DNA of 61,475 nt, filler included. It is 6 parts of 6 records of this genome, joined end to end, with 100 filler letters (N's around TTAATTAATTAA, not from the genome) between each part and the next. Parts side by side here need not be neighbours in the genome. Positions count along the whole stretch, not along the records: positions 23,040 to 29,570 come from SRR31147125_2860; positions 29,671 to 37,005 come from SRR31147125_2876; positions 37,106 to 55,778 come from SRR31147125_2879; 3 more parts are not named here. One strand, written 5' to 3'. A program made the translations under genes and the position numbers. The notes under the pieces are model-generated. The model saw only the letters and a list, made by a program, of their open reading frames with translations, did no database searches and had not been told where the DNA came from. This document shows positions 27,763 to 39,077 of the stretch, one piece after another (the first letter of the stretch is position 1; every line of letters begins with the position of its first letter).

Positions 27763-28728
27763 ATGAAGAATTTTAAGACATTATTATTACTAGTTGCGGC
27801 ATTAACACTATTCGCAGCATGTAAAACAGAAAAGAAGAAAATTATAATGGGTGAAGGGGATTGGGATAGCAGTGCTTTTCACAATCAGCTTGCAAAATTT
27901 GTTATTGAGAATGGTTATGATACAGAGGTTGAATTAGTACTATCGGATTCACCAGTTCAAATTTCAAGCCTTAAAACAAAAGATATGGACGTTGTTCTCG
28001 AAATGTGGTCAGATAACGAACCAAATTATACAAAAGATATCGAGGCAGGGAAATACCTAGAGCTAGGTACAAACTTCGATGATAACATGCAAGGATTATA
28101 TGTTCCTAAATACTTAGTTGAAGGGCCTGATGCTCTAGCACCAGATCTAAAAACAGTCAAGGATCTTAAAAAATATGCCCATCTATTTCCAAACCCTGAA
28201 GGCGGAAAAAAAGGAATCATTTTTGGTGGTCCAGAAGGGTGGAACGCTACAAAATTTATGCATAATAAAGTTAAAACTTATGGTTTAGACCAGATGTATG
28301 ACTTTAGACCTATTGATTCAAATGCTGCTCTTTCGGCAACTTTATCTGGAGCTTATGAGAAAAAAGAACCTTGGGTTGGATATAACTGGGAGCCTACATG
28401 GATTATGGGACTGTATGACATGGTACTGTTAGAGGATAGTCCATACAATCCTGAAGATTTCTCAAAAGGTAAAGGGGCATTTGCATCAGTTAAAGTAACT
28501 GTTTGTGTAAATAATGATTTCCCTAAAAATTATCCAGAAATAAATAAATTCCTAAGCAACTACCGGACAAGTTCAGCACTAACAAGTGAAGGACTTGCTT
28601 ATATGCAAGAACAAGGTGTTGAAGCTGATGTTGCTGCAAAATGGCTTATTGGAGAACATAAAGATTTAATCAAAAAAATGGTTTCTTCGGATGCTTATGA
28701 TAAAGTAATGAATGCATTAAACAACTAA
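27763..28728 (+). CDS. Glycine betaine/proline ABC substrate-binding lipoprotein, paralog 2
   Basis: Same length (321 aa) and long identical blocks with paralog 1; GAGGAGG RBS. Confidence 0.88.
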   Translation: MKNFKTLLLLVAALTLFAACKTEKKKIIMGEGDWDSSAFHNQLAKFVIENGYDTEVELVLSDSPVQISSLKTKDMDVVLEMWSDNEPNYTKDIEAGKYLELGTNFDDNMQGLYVPKYLVEGPDALAPDLKTVKDLKKYAHLFPNPEGGKKGIIFGGPEGWNATKFMHNKVKTYGLDQMYDFRPIDSNAALSATLSGAYEKKEPWVGYNWEPTWIMGLYDMVLLEDSPYNPEDFSKGKGAFASVKVTVCVNNDFPKNYPEINKFLSNYRTSSALTSEGLAYMQEQGVEADVAAKWLIGEHKDLIKKMVSSDAYDKVMNALNN

Positions 28729-28737
28729 TTTCTTTTT

Positions 28738-28770
28738 AAAAGTCTCGCTTGTATTAACGATCGGGACTTT
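28738..28770 (+). terminator. Probable terminator
   Basis: AAAGTCTCG/CGGGACTTT stem. Confidence 0.55.
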
Positions 28771-28814
28771 CTATCCATTCTAATAGCCAATTCAGTAGGT
28801 CTGTGGAGTTTAAC

Positions 28815-28891
28815 TTGACAAGTGACAGCCTCTCTGCTATAATGAAGTTGTCACATAGAGGCAACTCTATAAGCTTTAGCGAATTGTTACT
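28815..28891 (+). promoter_or_regulatory. Consensus sigma70 promoter with conserved operator/leader, copy 3
   Basis: TTGACA(28815), 17 nt, TATAAT(28838) with extended TG; GTGAC-N23-GTCAC; ATAGAG-GCAA-CTCTAT hairpin. Confidence 0.85.
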
Positions 28892-29040
28892 CAAGATGTC
28901 TTAAGAGACATCTAAGCAAGAGTTTCTGTTTTAGACTTAATACTATAAAAGACTAGTTGGCTTTAAAAAACATAGAGTTTTTTTAGAGCAATTCAAAATT
29001 GAGTCGTTTTTGAATTAAAAAAAACATAAGGAGCGTAAGT

Positions 29041-29535
29041 ATGATTAGGGAGGCTACTTTAAATGATTTAACAGATATCTTAAATATTTACAATCATTCT
29101 ATTCTTGAAGGAACGATGTCCTTTGAGGAGGACCCTCTAACAGAAGAAGAGGGAGAAGATTTGATAAAGGAACATACGGACGATTATCCATTGTTTGTAC
29201 TGGAGGACTCTGGAAAAGTAATTGGCTTTGCATGTTTATCACCTTTTGGTAAAAAGCGTGAAACGGCATATCGATTATCCGCTGAAATATCAATATATGT
29301 AGATAAGGCTTTTAGAGGCATGGGAGCTGCTAGGCAACTAATGACTAAAATTTGTGAGTTTGCAGACAATAATAAAGAGATAAAAACTTTGATATCTATA
29401 ATAACAGATGGAAATATTGGAAGTGTTTCCCTACATGAGAAATTTAACTTTACTTATGGCGGTAAACTCACAAAAGTAGCATATAAGCACAACAAAACTT
29501 TGAATATTCTTTTTTATCAAAGAACATTTGATTAA
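29041..29535 (+). CDS. GNAT N-acetyltransferase (phosphinothricin/methionine sulfoximine acetyltransferase-like)
   Basis: MIREAT..DL..I..IYN, AYRLSAEISIYV, RGMG, N.GSVSLHEKFNF...G. Confidence 0.88.
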   Translation: MIREATLNDLTDILNIYNHSILEGTMSFEEDPLTEEEGEDLIKEHTDDYPLFVLEDSGKVIGFACLSPFGKKRETAYRLSAEISIYVDKAFRGMGAARQLMTKICEFADNNKEIKTLISIITDGNIGSVSLHEKFNFTYGGKLTKVAYKHNKTLNILFYQRTFD

Positions 29536-29570
29536 TTAAAGAATAACGGTTGCCAAACTATAAAGAAAAA

Positions 29571-29670
29571 NNNNNNNNNNNNNNNNNNNNNNNNNNNNNN
29601 NNNNNNNNNNNNNNTTAATTAATTAANNNNNNNNNNNNNNNNNNNNNNNNNNNNNNNNNNNNNNNNNNNN
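29571..29670. other. Artificial contig linker
   Basis: N runs around TTAATTAATTAA. Confidence 0.98.
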
Positions 29671-29692
29671 TTTTTTTAATTGGATTCTAAGT

Positions 29693-31675
29693 TTATTTAA
29701 TAACTTTTAAAGCTTTTTCAACAACATTTTCTACTGTGAATCCAAATGATTCAAATAGTTTTCCTGCTGGTGCTGATGCTCCAAAAGTATCCATTGTGAT
29801 ACAGTCACCGTCTATACCAACATATTTAGCCCATCCAAATGATGTTCCCGCTTCAACAGCAACTCTTGCGCGAACAGATGATGGTAAAACAGACTCTTTG
29901 TAGTCGGCGCTTTGCTCTTCAAAAAGAGACATACAAGGCATACTAACAACTCTGCTTTCAACGCCTTTTGCTTTTAGTTCGTCATAAGCTTTGTAGCATA
30001 GTTCAATTTCTGATCCACTTGCAATAAGTATAACTTCAGGGTTTTCGCTATCTCTAACCACATATCCACCTTTTAGCGCATTTTGGCTGCTTTCCTCTAA
30101 TTGAGGTAGGTTTTGACGAGTAAGAGCAATGCAAGTTGGAGCTTTTGTATTAATACCAAATTTATAAGCAGCAGCTGTTTCAGTATAGTCACAAGGACGC
30201 CACATATATGCACCAGGAATAGATCTTATTGCAGCTAAGTGCTCAATTGGCTCATGTGTAGGTCCATCTTCTCCAACACCAATACTATCATGAGTAAGCA
30301 CGTAGATAACTGGCAATTGCATTAATGCAGAAAGTCTTAGTGCAGGCTTTAAGTAATCTGAAAATACAAAGAAAGTAGCAACATAAGGGATAAGCCCGCC
30401 ATGAACTGCCATACCGTTTGCTACACATGCCATAGCAAATTCTCTTACACCAAAGTGAATATTAGATCCGCTAAAGTCATCAGCAGAAATATAATCTCTT
30501 TTCTTCATTACAGATTTGTTAGAAGGTCCAAGGTCAGCAGAACCGCCAATAAGATTTGGGAATCTGTCAGCCAATTTATTAATAACTTGCTCTGAGGATA
30601 CTCTTGTAGCAGTAGGCTTATTATCATAGCTCCAATAATCTGCATCCTCTAATAAATCGCAGTTTACTTGAGAGCTAAAATATTCGTCCCATTTTTTTGC
30701 AAGCTCTGGGTTTGCTTTTTTGTATTCTGCAAACATTTCATCCCAGCTTTTTTCTTTTGTTTCATTTTCTTTGTTTAGTGCTGCAATTTCTTCTGTTACT
30801 TCATCTGGAACATAAAAATCTTGTTCATAATCCCATCCTAAAAATTCTTTCATAGCTTTTATGTTATCTTCACCAAGAGGTGCACCATGACAAGAATGAC
30901 TTCCTTGAAGCGGAGGACAACCATAACCAATTTCAGTTTTAACAATTATGATAGATGGTTTTTCTGTCTCAGCTTTAGCAGCAGTAATAGCTTTATCAAT
31001 GCTATCCAAATCTGTATTCCCATCTTCAACATATAAAACTTGCCATCCATATGCTTCATATCTTTTTCCTACATCTTCTGTAAAAGCAATATCAGTATCG
31101 CCTTCAATTGTTATATTGTTTTTATCATATAAAAGAATCAATTTTCCTAGTTTCAATGTTCCAGCTAATGAACTTGCCTCACTTGAAACACCTTCCATAA
31201 GACATCCGTCTCCAGATAGTGCATATGTGTAATGGTCAATTAGTTTATGCTCATCAGTATTAAAAACACTAGCAAGGTGAGCTTCTGACATTGCCATTCC
31301 AACTGCACCTGCAATACCTTGACCCAAAGGCCCAGATGTTATTTCTACACCGTTTGTATGACCAAATTCAGGGTGACCTGGTGTTTTAGTTTCGAACTGA
31401 CGAAAACCTTTTAAATCTTCTATTGTAAGCCCATATCCAAACAAGTGTAATAATGAGTACAACAGCATTGATCCATGACCAGCTGAAAGTACAAATCTGT
31501 CGCGATCAATCCAGTCTGCATTCTTTGGATTATGTTTTAGGTGCTTAGACCATAGCGTATACGCCATAGGAGCACAACCCATAGGCAATCCAGGGTGACC
31601 TGAGTTTGCTTTTTGAATAGCCTCTACTGATAGAAGCCTGATTGTGTTGACTGCTAAACTATCAATCTTTTTCAT
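29693..31675 (-). CDS. tkt: Transketolase
   Basis: [53 protein letters not shown]. Confidence 0.97.
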   Translation of the reverse strand: MKKIDSLAVNTIRLLSVEAIQKANSGHPGLPMGCAPMAYTLWSKHLKHNPKNADWIDRDRFVLSAGHGSMLLYSLLHLFGYGLTIEDLKGFRQFETKTPGHPEFGHTNGVEITSGPLGQGIAGAVGMAMSEAHLASVFNTDEHKLIDHYTYALSGDGCLMEGVSSEASSLAGTLKLGKLILLYDKNNITIEGDTDIAFTEDVGKRYEAYGWQVLYVEDGNTDLDSIDKAITAAKAETEKPSIIIVKTEIGYGCPPLQGSHSCHGAPLGEDNIKAMKEFLGWDYEQDFYVPDEVTEEIAALNKENETKEKSWDEMFAEYKKANPELAKKWDEYFSSQVNCDLLEDADYWSYDNKPTATRVSSEQVINKLADRFPNLIGGSADLGPSNKSVMKKRDYISADDFSGSNIHFGVREFAMACVANGMAVHGGLIPYVATFFVFSDYLKPALRLSALMQLPVIYVLTHDSIGVGEDGPTHEPIEHLAAIRSIPGAYMWRPCDYTETAAAYKFGINTKAPTCIALTRQNLPQLEESSQNALKGGYVVRDSENPEVILIASGSEIELCYKAYDELKAKGVESRVVSMPCMSLFEEQSADYKESVLPSSVRARVAVEAGTSFGWAKYVGIDGDCITMDTFGASAPAGKLFESFGFTVENVVEKALKVIK

Positions 31676-31752
31676 ATTTATTCTTCCTCTTTCTTTCTTT
31701 CGTTTAACAATTTATGCAACGAAACTTTATATTCTAAATTATTTAAAATAAT

Positions 31753-32961
31753 TTACTTACTAAGTAATAAATATTCTTCGTACATTTTATTTAAATATTT
31801 ATTTTTATCAAATGCTTGTGCCGACTTTAATATCCTTTCTTTGCTATAAGAATTTTTAACGATACTTATTATAGCATCCTTTGCTGCATTAACATTATTT
31901 GAGTTTACTACTTTACCTGTATTATTGTCTACAAGTTCTTTACAACCACCAACATCATACGTAACAACTGGTGTTGCACACGCAATGCTTTCCATAATTG
32001 TAGTTGGGTAAGTATCCTCTTTTGTTGGGTTAAAAACATCAGCTGCCGAATAGAGCTTAACTATTTTACTCTTTTCAGTTAATCTTTCTACTCCAATAAT
32101 ATTGGAAGGCAAAGAAGCTTTCTGTTTTTCGTCTACGCCAACCATTATAATAACATAAGTATCGGGTAAAATTCTACTTAAGCTTATAAAATCATCATAT
32201 CCTTTTTGTTTAGAAAAAATACTAGCAACGCCTAACACTATAATTTTGTCACCAATACCATATTCTTCTTTGATATTTGAAGTAATTGGATAAAATACAG
32301 ATAAATCAATACCGTTGTTGATCGTCTTAAGCTTTGAATGTTTCAAAAAAGAAATTTTTACAATATCAGCAAGCCAAATAGATGGACATATTATTGTTAA
32401 ATCCTTTACGGATGTGAAAAGCTTCTTTTTGAGCATATAATTATTGTTTGAGCTGTCAACAATAATAGAGCTAGGATATTCATTTTTTAATTCGCATTTT
32501 TCACACTGTGTTTTCCATTTAGAACAAGAAATTTTTTCAAAATGAGCACAATGACCCGTAATAGCCCAGCAATCGTGCAAAGACCACACTACAGGTATTT
32601 CTTTTTTTGCTAAGTAATCAAATAAAACTTTAATGTTTATGTAATATCCATGGATATTATGAAGATGTATTACATCTGGCTTATATTCTTCGATAAATGA
32701 AACCAGTTTTTTTGTAGCAAGCATAGAACCATAACCGTGTTTGTCGAATAACCGTGTAATAAGAACATGAAACAATGTAGACGCTTTTCCGCCCATTCTT
32801 ATTGCTTTAACACCATCAACACTGCTTTTTCTACCATAGGCAACAAAAGCTTTATTATTATTTGAAGTTATTTTTTTGTATAAATCTAAAGTAATAGTTC
32901 CAGTGCTGCCAAAACCTATTACAGAATTTATAAGTAAAATTTTCACTTTACATCCTTTCAA
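31753..32961 (-). CDS. GT4 glycosyltransferase (WcaC-like)
   Basis: DVIHLHNIHGYY, WSLHDCWAITGHC, PSIWLA, INNGID, EDTYPTTIMES; true start may be the GTG of VKILLIN. Confidence 0.88.
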   Translation of the reverse strand: MKGCKVKILLINSVIGFGSTGTITLDLYKKITSNNNKAFVAYGRKSSVDGVKAIRMGGKASTLFHVLITRLFDKHGYGSMLATKKLVSFIEEYKPDVIHLHNIHGYYINIKVLFDYLAKKEIPVVWSLHDCWAITGHCAHFEKISCSKWKTQCEKCELKNEYPSSIIVDSSNNNYMLKKKLFTSVKDLTIICPSIWLADIVKISFLKHSKLKTINNGIDLSVFYPITSNIKEEYGIGDKIIVLGVASIFSKQKGYDDFISLSRILPDTYVIIMVGVDEKQKASLPSNIIGVERLTEKSKIVKLYSAADVFNPTKEDTYPTTIMESIACATPVVTYDVGGCKELVDNNTGKVVNSNNVNAAKDAIISIVKNSYSKERILKSAQAFDKNKYLNKMYEEYLLLSK

Positions 32962-33007
32962 ATAAATATATTAATTAATTTATATAAAAAAACCTTAAGT
33001 TAAAAGC

Positions 33008-34183
33008 TTAAGATTTTATATAGCCATATATATTTTTTAAAAATATTTCTAAACTAAAATTTGAGACAAAGTACTTTCTTGCATTTTCTCCTAATTCTTG
33101 TTTGTTGTCGCAGTTCACAAATTTTAAAATCGCATCCTTAAACCCTTTATAATCGCCAGCTGATGAGGTGAATCCGCAGTTAGCATCGTATATCACATCA
33201 TTAATCTCTCCATTTGCACAACTTATAATTGGCTTTCCTGTTGCCGAATACGATAAAAACTTATTTGGAAGAGTATATGAAATAAGTTTATTATCAGCTA
33301 ATGAAATAAGCATAGCATCGGCTTTAGAATAAACCTCTGGCATTTTTGATGTAGGCATTTTGCCATAAAACTTTATATTTTCAACGCCAAGCTTTTTTGC
33401 AAGGTTTTCGCACTCAATCCTTGCAGAGCCATCACCTACAATATGAAAAAAACAAGAAGTGTTTTTCAACTCATTAGCAGCTAAAACAATCGATTGAACA
33501 TTTTGCATTTTCCCAATATTGCCAGCAAATATAAAATCCAATTTTTGCTCATCAATAGGTTTAGGCTCAATACTTAAAAATTCGTCACTGTCGTAAAAAG
33601 GCAGATAATAAATATTGTTATAAATATCTAAAACTTCATTAAAATAGTTTTCAAACTTCTTTGATGAAATAAAAATTTTATCAGCCTTAGAATACAAAAA
33701 CTTAGAAAGCTTTAGTACTTGTTTATATATTTTGTTTTTGTTATGAATACCCCTAGCGGCAATGCTTTCTGGCCATAAGTCAAAAGTATATATATATAAT
33801 GGCTTTTTACTCAATTTTTTTAGAACAATTCCAGGAAAAACCATTGTGATTGGTGAGGTTTGAATTATTATAATTGCATCAAAATCCTTTGACAAAAATA
33901 ATGCCTTAATACTAGAAGATATAGCAAAAGAAATATAATTTATAAATAATCTGATTTTAGACTTGCCACGCGATATTAATCCGCATCTAACAACATTAAC
34001 GCCATCTATTACCTGTTTTCTATTTTTGAAAAAACGGTATCCTTTATATATATAACCTTCTGGATAGTTAGGAAGACCCGTTAAAATATTTACTTTGTTT
34101 CCATCGTTTACTAAGTCAACGCATATTTTAGATAAAGGGTAATTTTCGGGATAAAAATGCTGACAAATAAACTGTAATTTCAT
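33008..34183 (-). CDS. GT4 glycosyltransferase (WbuB/CapL-like)
   Basis: QHFYPE, LTGLPNYPEG, DLWPES, FAGNIGKMQ, VGDG, LPNKFLSY..GKPII. Confidence 0.88.
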   Translation of the reverse strand: MKLQFICQHFYPENYPLSKICVDLVNDGNKVNILTGLPNYPEGYIYKGYRFFKNRKQVIDGVNVVRCGLISRGKSKIRLFINYISFAISSSIKALFLSKDFDAIIIIQTSPITMVFPGIVLKKLSKKPLYIYTFDLWPESIAARGIHNKNKIYKQVLKLSKFLYSKADKIFISSKKFENYFNEVLDIYNNIYYLPFYDSDEFLSIEPKPIDEQKLDFIFAGNIGKMQNVQSIVLAANELKNTSCFFHIVGDGSARIECENLAKKLGVENIKFYGKMPTSKMPEVYSKADAMLISLADNKLISYTLPNKFLSYSATGKPIISCANGEINDVIYDANCGFTSSAGDYKGFKDAILKFVNCDNKQELGENARKYFVSNFSLEIFLKNIYGYIKS

Positions 34184-34370
34184 ATAATTTAGCCTTCCAC
34201 GTATTAATTATCTTTAATATTAATAAAGTTATTTATAATGATAACAAAATAATTAGCTTAAGTAAATATTATATATGTTAACGGAGTTTGAAATATTATA
34301 ATAATTGTTGCAAAAATGATAAAAGATATGTATAATGATGTGATTATAATAGGAGAGTTATGCAATTATT

Positions 34371-36692
34371 ATGCAAGAAGTTAACAAAGTAAATAGATAT
34401 TCAATGATAGCACTAAGAGGTATGGTTGTTTTTCCGTATATGGTGCTTCATTTTGACGTTGGAAGAGAAAAATCAATATTCTCGCTAGAAAAAGCTCTTG
34501 CTGAAAAGCAGAAAATTTTTCTTGTTGCGCAAAAAGACATTAACGTGATTGAACCTCAAAGAGAAGACGTTTATGATATAGGAACAGTTTGTGAAATTAA
34601 ACAGGTATTAAAAATGCCTGGTGATGCAATTAGAGTTCTTGTTGAGGGTATAACAAGAGGCAAAATAATAGATATGATTGATGATGTAGATGATGGTATT
34701 GATGTATTAGTCGAAGAGCTTTCTACTCACGATTTTGAAGAAGATATTGAATCTTTGGCATACAAAAGAGCATTGTTAGATGTTTTTCAAAAATTCGCGA
34801 AGAAATCGCCTAAGATATCTTCAGATACTATCGTTTCGGTTAAGGAAGTTAAATCAGCTGATAAATTGGCAGATCTTGTTGCTTCTTATTTACTTTTTGA
34901 TACTGAAGATAAACAAAAGGTTCTTCAATGTATTAACCCAATTGACAGAATGAAACTTTTAATTGATACATTATTTGAAGAGATGGAAATCATAGATGTT
35001 GAGAACGATATTCAAAAAAGTGTGAAAAAAAATATTGAAAAATCTCAAAAAGAATATTACTTACGCGAGCAAGTAAAAGTTATTCAAAAAGAACTTGGCG
35101 AAGAAAATGGAGTTTTGCAAGAGGTTAAAGAGCTACGTGAAAAACTAGCTAGTAAAAACCTTTCCAAAGAAGCTTCTGAAAAGTGTGAAAAGGAATTGAG
35201 TAAGCTTTCTAAGATGTCTCAAAATTCACCAGAAGTTAACGTCATAATAAATTACGTCGATACAATTGCTTCGCTTCCATGGGGCGAAACAACAGAAGAT
35301 AACCTTGAACTTACAAATGTAGAAAAGGTATTGGATGAAGACCACTATGGTTTAGAGGAAATTAAAAAAAGGGTTGTAGAATACATTTCTGTTCTGAAAA
35401 TGAAAGATGAAATGCGAGGCCCTATTTTATGTTTTGTTGGTCCACCTGGCGTTGGTAAAACATCCATAGTAAAATCTATCGCTAAAGCTGTTGGTAGAGA
35501 GTTTGTACGGATGTCTTTAGGCGGAGTTAGAGACGAAGCTGAGATAAGAGGGCACAGAAGAACATATATTGGTGCTATACCTGGTAGAATTATAAACTCT
35601 ATGAAACAAGCAGGTACCGATAACCCAGTAATGCTCTTTGATGAAATAGACAAAATGGCTAGTGATTTTAGAGGAGACCCTGCATCTGCCATGCTTGAGG
35701 TTTTAGACCCTGAAATTAATTCTTCATTTAGAGATCACTATATTTCGTTAGCTTACGATTTATCTAAGGTTATGTTTATTACAACAGCAAACTCAATAAG
35801 CACAATACCAAGACCTCTTTTGGATAGAATGGAAGTTATAAATGTAACCAGCTATACTTATAGTGAAAAAATTGAAATAGCAAAAAGACATTTAGTTAAA
35901 AAGCAAGCCGAAAATCATGGACTTAGCGAGAACAGCATTGTGTTTGAAGAAGATGCGTTAGCTGATATTATTAATCTTTATACTAAAGAATCTGGTGTAA
36001 GAAATTTAGAAAGACAGATTGCTTCTGTTTGTAGAAAAGCTGCAAGCGAGATTATAAAAACTTCTTGTGAGACTGTTACAATTGATAAAGATAAGGTTAG
36101 AGAGTATCTAAAAGCTCCAAGGTTTGGCTACGATATTATAGACGAGAAAGATAGTATAGGTGTTGTTAATGGCTTAGCTTGGACAGCTGTTGGTGGAGAA
36201 ACTTTAAAAATTGAAGCCACAACATATAAAGGTAAAGGTAATCTAAAACTAACTGGCATGATGGGCGATGTTATGAAAGAATCTGCGCAAACTGGCTTGA
36301 GCTTAATTAAATCAATGGCAGATGAGCTTAAAATTAATGATGATATTAACGAAAAGCTCGACTTGCATATTCACATTCCTGAAGGAGCTATTCCTAAAGA
36401 CGGGCCTTCTGCTGGTATCACTATGGTTGTTGCCATGACATCTGTTTTAACAGATAAAAAGGTAAGAAGAGACATCGCTATGACTGGTGAGGTTACGCTT
36501 ACAGGCAGAGTATTAAAGATTGGCGGACTAAAAGAAAAATCATTAGCTGCACTAAGAAGTGGAATTTCTGAAATAATAGTTCCTCAAGAAAACATGCCAG
36601 ATGTTAATGATTTTAGCGATGATATTAAAGACAGTATTAAGTTTTATCCTGTAAGTAAGATAGAGCAGGTGCTTGAGCTTGCTTTAGTATAA
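34371..36692 (+). CDS. lon: ATP-dependent protease La
   Basis: LRGMVVFP, GPPGVGKT, HRRTYIGA, PKDGPSAG, IGGLKEK. Confidence 0.97.
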   Translation: MQEVNKVNRYSMIALRGMVVFPYMVLHFDVGREKSIFSLEKALAEKQKIFLVAQKDINVIEPQREDVYDIGTVCEIKQVLKMPGDAIRVLVEGITRGKIIDMIDDVDDGIDVLVEELSTHDFEEDIESLAYKRALLDVFQKFAKKSPKISSDTIVSVKEVKSADKLADLVASYLLFDTEDKQKVLQCINPIDRMKLLIDTLFEEMEIIDVENDIQKSVKKNIEKSQKEYYLREQVKVIQKELGEENGVLQEVKELREKLASKNLSKEASEKCEKELSKLSKMSQNSPEVNVIINYVDTIASLPWGETTEDNLELTNVEKVLDEDHYGLEEIKKRVVEYISVLKMKDEMRGPILCFVGPPGVGKTSIVKSIAKAVGREFVRMSLGGVRDEAEIRGHRRTYIGAIPGRIINSMKQAGTDNPVMLFDEIDKMASDFRGDPASAMLEVLDPEINSSFRDHYISLAYDLSKVMFITTANSISTIPRPLLDRMEVINVTSYTYSEKIEIAKRHLVKKQAENHGLSENSIVFEEDALADIINLYTKESGVRNLERQIASVCRKAASEIIKTSCETVTIDKDKVREYLKAPRFGYDIIDEKDSIGVVNGLAWTAVGGETLKIEATTYKGKGNLKLTGMMGDVMKESAQTGLSLIKSMADELKINDDINEKLDLHIHIPEGAIPKDGPSAGITMVVAMTSVLTDKKVRRDIAMTGEVTLTGRVLKIGGLKEKSLAALRSGISEIIVPQENMPDVNDFSDDIKDSIKFYPVSKIEQVLELALV

Positions 36693-36734
36693 ATATAAAA
36701 TAAATTTTTTAAAATTATAAAGGGATGTTTTAAA

Positions 36735-37005
36735 ATGATCATAAAAAAAGCAAAATTTATAAAAAGCATAACAGAAATATCCCAGCACCCAGGCGGAGAT
36801 TTATTTGAGATTGCAATTGCAGGTAAATCTAATGTTGGAAAATCATCTCTTATAAACTATTTATGCAATCAAAATAAACTTGCTAAAACCAGTTCTACTC
36901 CGGGTAAAACAAGGCTAGTAAACTTTTTTTACTGAATGAAGAATTCTATTTAGTGGATTTACCTGGTTATGGATATGCAAAGGTTTCTAAAACTGAGCAA
37001 AAAAA
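36735..37005 (+). CDS. engB: GTP-binding protein YihA/YsxC (partial; frameshift at T7 run 36924-36930)
   Basis: [21 protein letters not shown]; the shifted frame continues [20 protein letters not shown]; follows lon as in many Firmicutes. Confidence 0.92.
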
Positions 37006-37105
37006 NNNNNNNNNNNNNNNNNNNNNNNNNNNNNNNNNNNNNNNNNNNNTTAATTAATTAANNNNNNNNNNNNNNNNNNNNNNNNNNNNNNNNNNNNNNN
37101 NNNNN
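37006..37105. other. Artificial contig linker
   Basis: N runs around TTAATTAATTAA. Confidence 0.98.
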
Positions 37106-37248
37106 TGGAAAATTCATGTAAGAATGAAAAACAAAAGTAAAGTAGAGATTGGATTTTTAAGTTTGGATAATGTCCAATAACTTAAAGAAAATCTTTATGG
37201 TGAATTGATATTATTTAAGCAATCAATATTAGATTAATTTATAAATAG

Positions 37249-37284
37249 AAAAAGGACTGATAAAATTAATTATCAGTCCTTTTT
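37249..37284. terminator. Bidirectional intrinsic terminator downstream of lysS
   Basis: AAAAAGGACTGATAA/TTATCAGTCCTTTTT. Confidence 0.85.
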
Positions 37285-37292
37285 AATGTAGA

Positions 37293-38795
<1,503 letters not shown>

Positions 38796-38831
38796 TTACA
38801 TATTATATCATAGAAAAAGCCATAATAGTAG

Positions 38832-39077
38832 TTATGGCCGTTTCTCTTCTTGTAGTAGTTCATACATTAATCCATCTTTGACCAAAGTAAGGCTTGTTAC
38901 TTTAACTAAGATGTTTTTTTTACCTAAATGTAGCATAAGCTTATCATCTATTGAAACAGTAGAAGAAGGCTTAGCGACTTTATTGTTTATTTCTATTTTT
39001 CCATGAATGGCAGCTTCTTTTGCAAGTGTACGTCTTTTAATGATACGTGATAGTTTTAAGTACTTATCAAGACGCAT
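38832..39077 (-). CDS. S4-domain RNA-binding protein (YabO/RqcP, Hsp15-like)
   Basis: [22 protein letters not shown]...GKIEIN..AKPS. Confidence 0.9.
   Translation of the reverse strand: MRLDKYLKLSRIIKRRTLAKEAAIHGKIEINNKVAKPSSTVSIDDKLMLHLGKKNILVKVTSLTLVKDGLMYELLQEEKRP

Noticed and set aside
37106-37237. Contig-edge frame that seems to continue through TAA at 37178-37180
   Set aside because: Too short to identify, and other genes on this contig use standard stops, so there is no evidence of recoding.
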